DNA of 64,000 nt from Eledone cirrhosa (lineage: Eukaryota), in contig OZ024742.1 of NCBI GenBank assembly GCA_964016885.1, forward strand, positions 256,618,001 through 256,682,000, read 5' to 3'. Shown piece after piece: positions 61,713-64,000 of the stretch. Position numbers and translations under genes: made by a program. The notes beneath the pieces are model-generated. The model was given only the letters and a program-made list of their open reading frames with translations. It made no database searches and was not told the DNA's origin. The stretch's first letter is position 1, and each line of letters begins with the position of its first letter.

Positions 61713-62499
61713 TATACATATGTATATGTATATGTGTGTGTGTATTTCAAAATACATTTATCAAATTCCTCGCTCTTCCCCTTCCATTATTCAATTTCTA
61801 CACCGAAGAAAATCTATATATTTTTTATATTTTTAAATATGCAAAATTATGCTATAGAGATAAATATATACACATACTCATATGAGACGAATATCACTGA
61901 AGAACCATTTGAAAGCAGTATATATATATACAAATAGAGTTGTAGTGTTTACGTACAAATACATTTTCGCGCTGTGTACCTACAGAGTATTGTAAAGTGT
62001 AAGTAGGAAGAAAGTCCTTCAGTGTGTCCGGATAAATCGATTCTCCCAATGTGTACGTGCAAACAAAGTCACGCAGTGTTTACGTAGAGATCGATCCTCC
62101 CCGTCTGAATATTGTGACAGAGAATATTTTATTTCAAAGGAAACTCTACTTGTAAATAATGAAAATTTGGCATGAAAGTAAATTTCAAGTGCTCGGGCCC
62201 ATCTAAACCATTTCAAAGAACTTTATATAATGCAGCAGGTGTGTAACATAACTATACGCCAATTTGGTAAAAACATTAGATATATCTCGTAGCTATAATA
62301 TATAATTTTCATTTCTAATGCGTGCGATTCACGTCAAACTCACAACCCAGCATCTACCGACACTACATAATGATGCATCTATATACACTCGAAATCTGGA
62401 AAAGACAATGTGATCTAACAGGTTGAGATCGTTCCAATCCTAATGAAGATATTCATGCGGGGATGGACTATGCTGAGCGTAATCATGTTTGTTCAGTAA

Positions 62500-63900
62500 A
62501 TAAATATTATCCCGTTTACAATCAGATTAGTGTTAGTTTGTATTGAGTTATTGATTACCTATCCTTGTTCCAATGTCAGATGGCTGCTTTGATACAATGG
62601 TCAATGGTCTAAACGTCGAAATTTGGCAAGGTTATCCCTTCCCAGCTCTCTATATATTGACTAAGAGAAATTATCTGGTTCCTGAATACCGGTTTGTTGA
62701 TGGTGAACTGTCATCATTTGTCGAAATATCATATCTATTTGACCAATGTGATATGCATGGCAGCTTTGTTATACGGCATGCAGCTTTGCATTTATCATTG
62801 CCAGTTTTAGAGACTATGCTTGCCTTTTCCTGTTTATAATTGGATATTTCTGTAAGTTTTTACATGATTTTGTCTTTTAGTTAAATAGCTTGGTTTCGTT
62901 TTATGTGTATGTAGATTTCAATATTATTTGGATTAAACGTTGAAATACTCTTTTTTGTTATTTATTTGCTTGAGTTCCTATGTGTTAAATTATCTTGATT
63001 TGTTGATAAAATTACTGATTATATTCTGGTGATATTTTCTTTTCATGAGTATTTTTCAATCCCTTCTAATCTGCCATTTCTTGTCGGTTTTGAGACTATT
63101 GTGCAGATTCTTGCATAACTTAATTGGATGGAATATCTATACGGATTCTATTGGAAGAAATAATATTTTTTTAGTTACATTAGTGACTACGTAAAATGCA
63201 TTCTCTCTCGATATACTCTGGGAGCCCGTAAGAAAATGAGATTAGCCAGTATTTAATAGCCTCTATTCCATACTCCCGTGGAGTATTGCTCTGTAAGTTC
63301 ACCGCATCAAATAAACCATGTAGGTGTACTGTATCTGGTTTACTATGTCTTGATAGTCTCGTTTGAACCTGTTTTAGTAAGATGCTTAGAAACGTGTATA
63401 TGCGATGTGTCTTGCGAATTAGGCCTGCGAAAATTGCTCCTAGCTTTAAATCGACTAATGAGGGAAACATTATACAATTGATTCGTTTCTTTTCGCATAC
63501 CACATTGATTACTTTAACCTTATGTAATCTAGGTTTTCCATAGATGTTTAACATCTAAAATTGGCGATATAGTCTTATTTGGATATCCGTGTAATAAATA
63601 AGTGAGTTGTTTCATCACATTATTAAATTTGTACACTTTGGCTTCTACATATTATGTATAGTGGCATACTCTGAACAATGTCTGTATAGTTGTTTGTATC
63701 CATAATAATTACATTATCTCCTTTTCCGCTTTTCTGATAACAAGTTCGAGACATACAGGTGAAATTTATCGAGGACTTTATACCTTCCTTCTTCGGGCTG
63801 ATAACCCTTTTCTTTTTTTTATTAATCCATCATTATTTGTTGTTGTTTTTTCTTACCGTTTGTGTACGTCTTCTGCAGATTTGCGAAATAGCATCATTAA
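62500..63900 (-). mobile_element. Old decayed Neptune/Poseidon-type PLE
   Basis: Minus strand: LVIRKAEKGDNVIIMD (DKG motif), IYGKPRLHK, FDAVNLQSNTP.EYGIEAIKYWL, STFNPNN, HIGQ..RQMMTVH. Confidence 0.7.
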
Positions 63901-64000
63901 TTTTTTGTTTATTCGGTTTTAGGGGAGCTGGTTAAAATTGTAATCATTGAAATAATATATATGTGCATTAACAATTTTTGCTAATGATTCATTATTTTCC

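Overview
AT-rich, gene-poor eukaryotic DNA with very long (TA)n, (CA)n and (GA)n microsatellites. The repeat style suggests a mollusc, probably a coleoid cephalopod such as octopus (inference only). No host gene can be supported, and most ORF-track entries are microsatellite translations. The window is a mosaic of mobile elements: Penelope-like elements (PLEs; one uninterrupted RT+GIY-YIG ORF at 13734-15713 plus several fragments), a decayed R4/Dong-like LINE, RTE, CR1, CRE and Tx1-like LINE fragments, Tc1/mariner remnants and two tRNA-derived SINE families. The main unannotated signal is about 20 type I hammerhead ribozyme (HHR) motifs from more than 10 apparently unrelated families. They lie in short non-coding fold-back or partial-tandem elements inserted in (TA)n tracts. 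Several have a non-canonical U3 core with long stem II/III insertions. The fold-back elements share an ACTC..GAGTRC hairpin just beyond a fixed breakpoint. All RNA folds were paired by eye and none has been tested. Coordinates may be off by a few nt.
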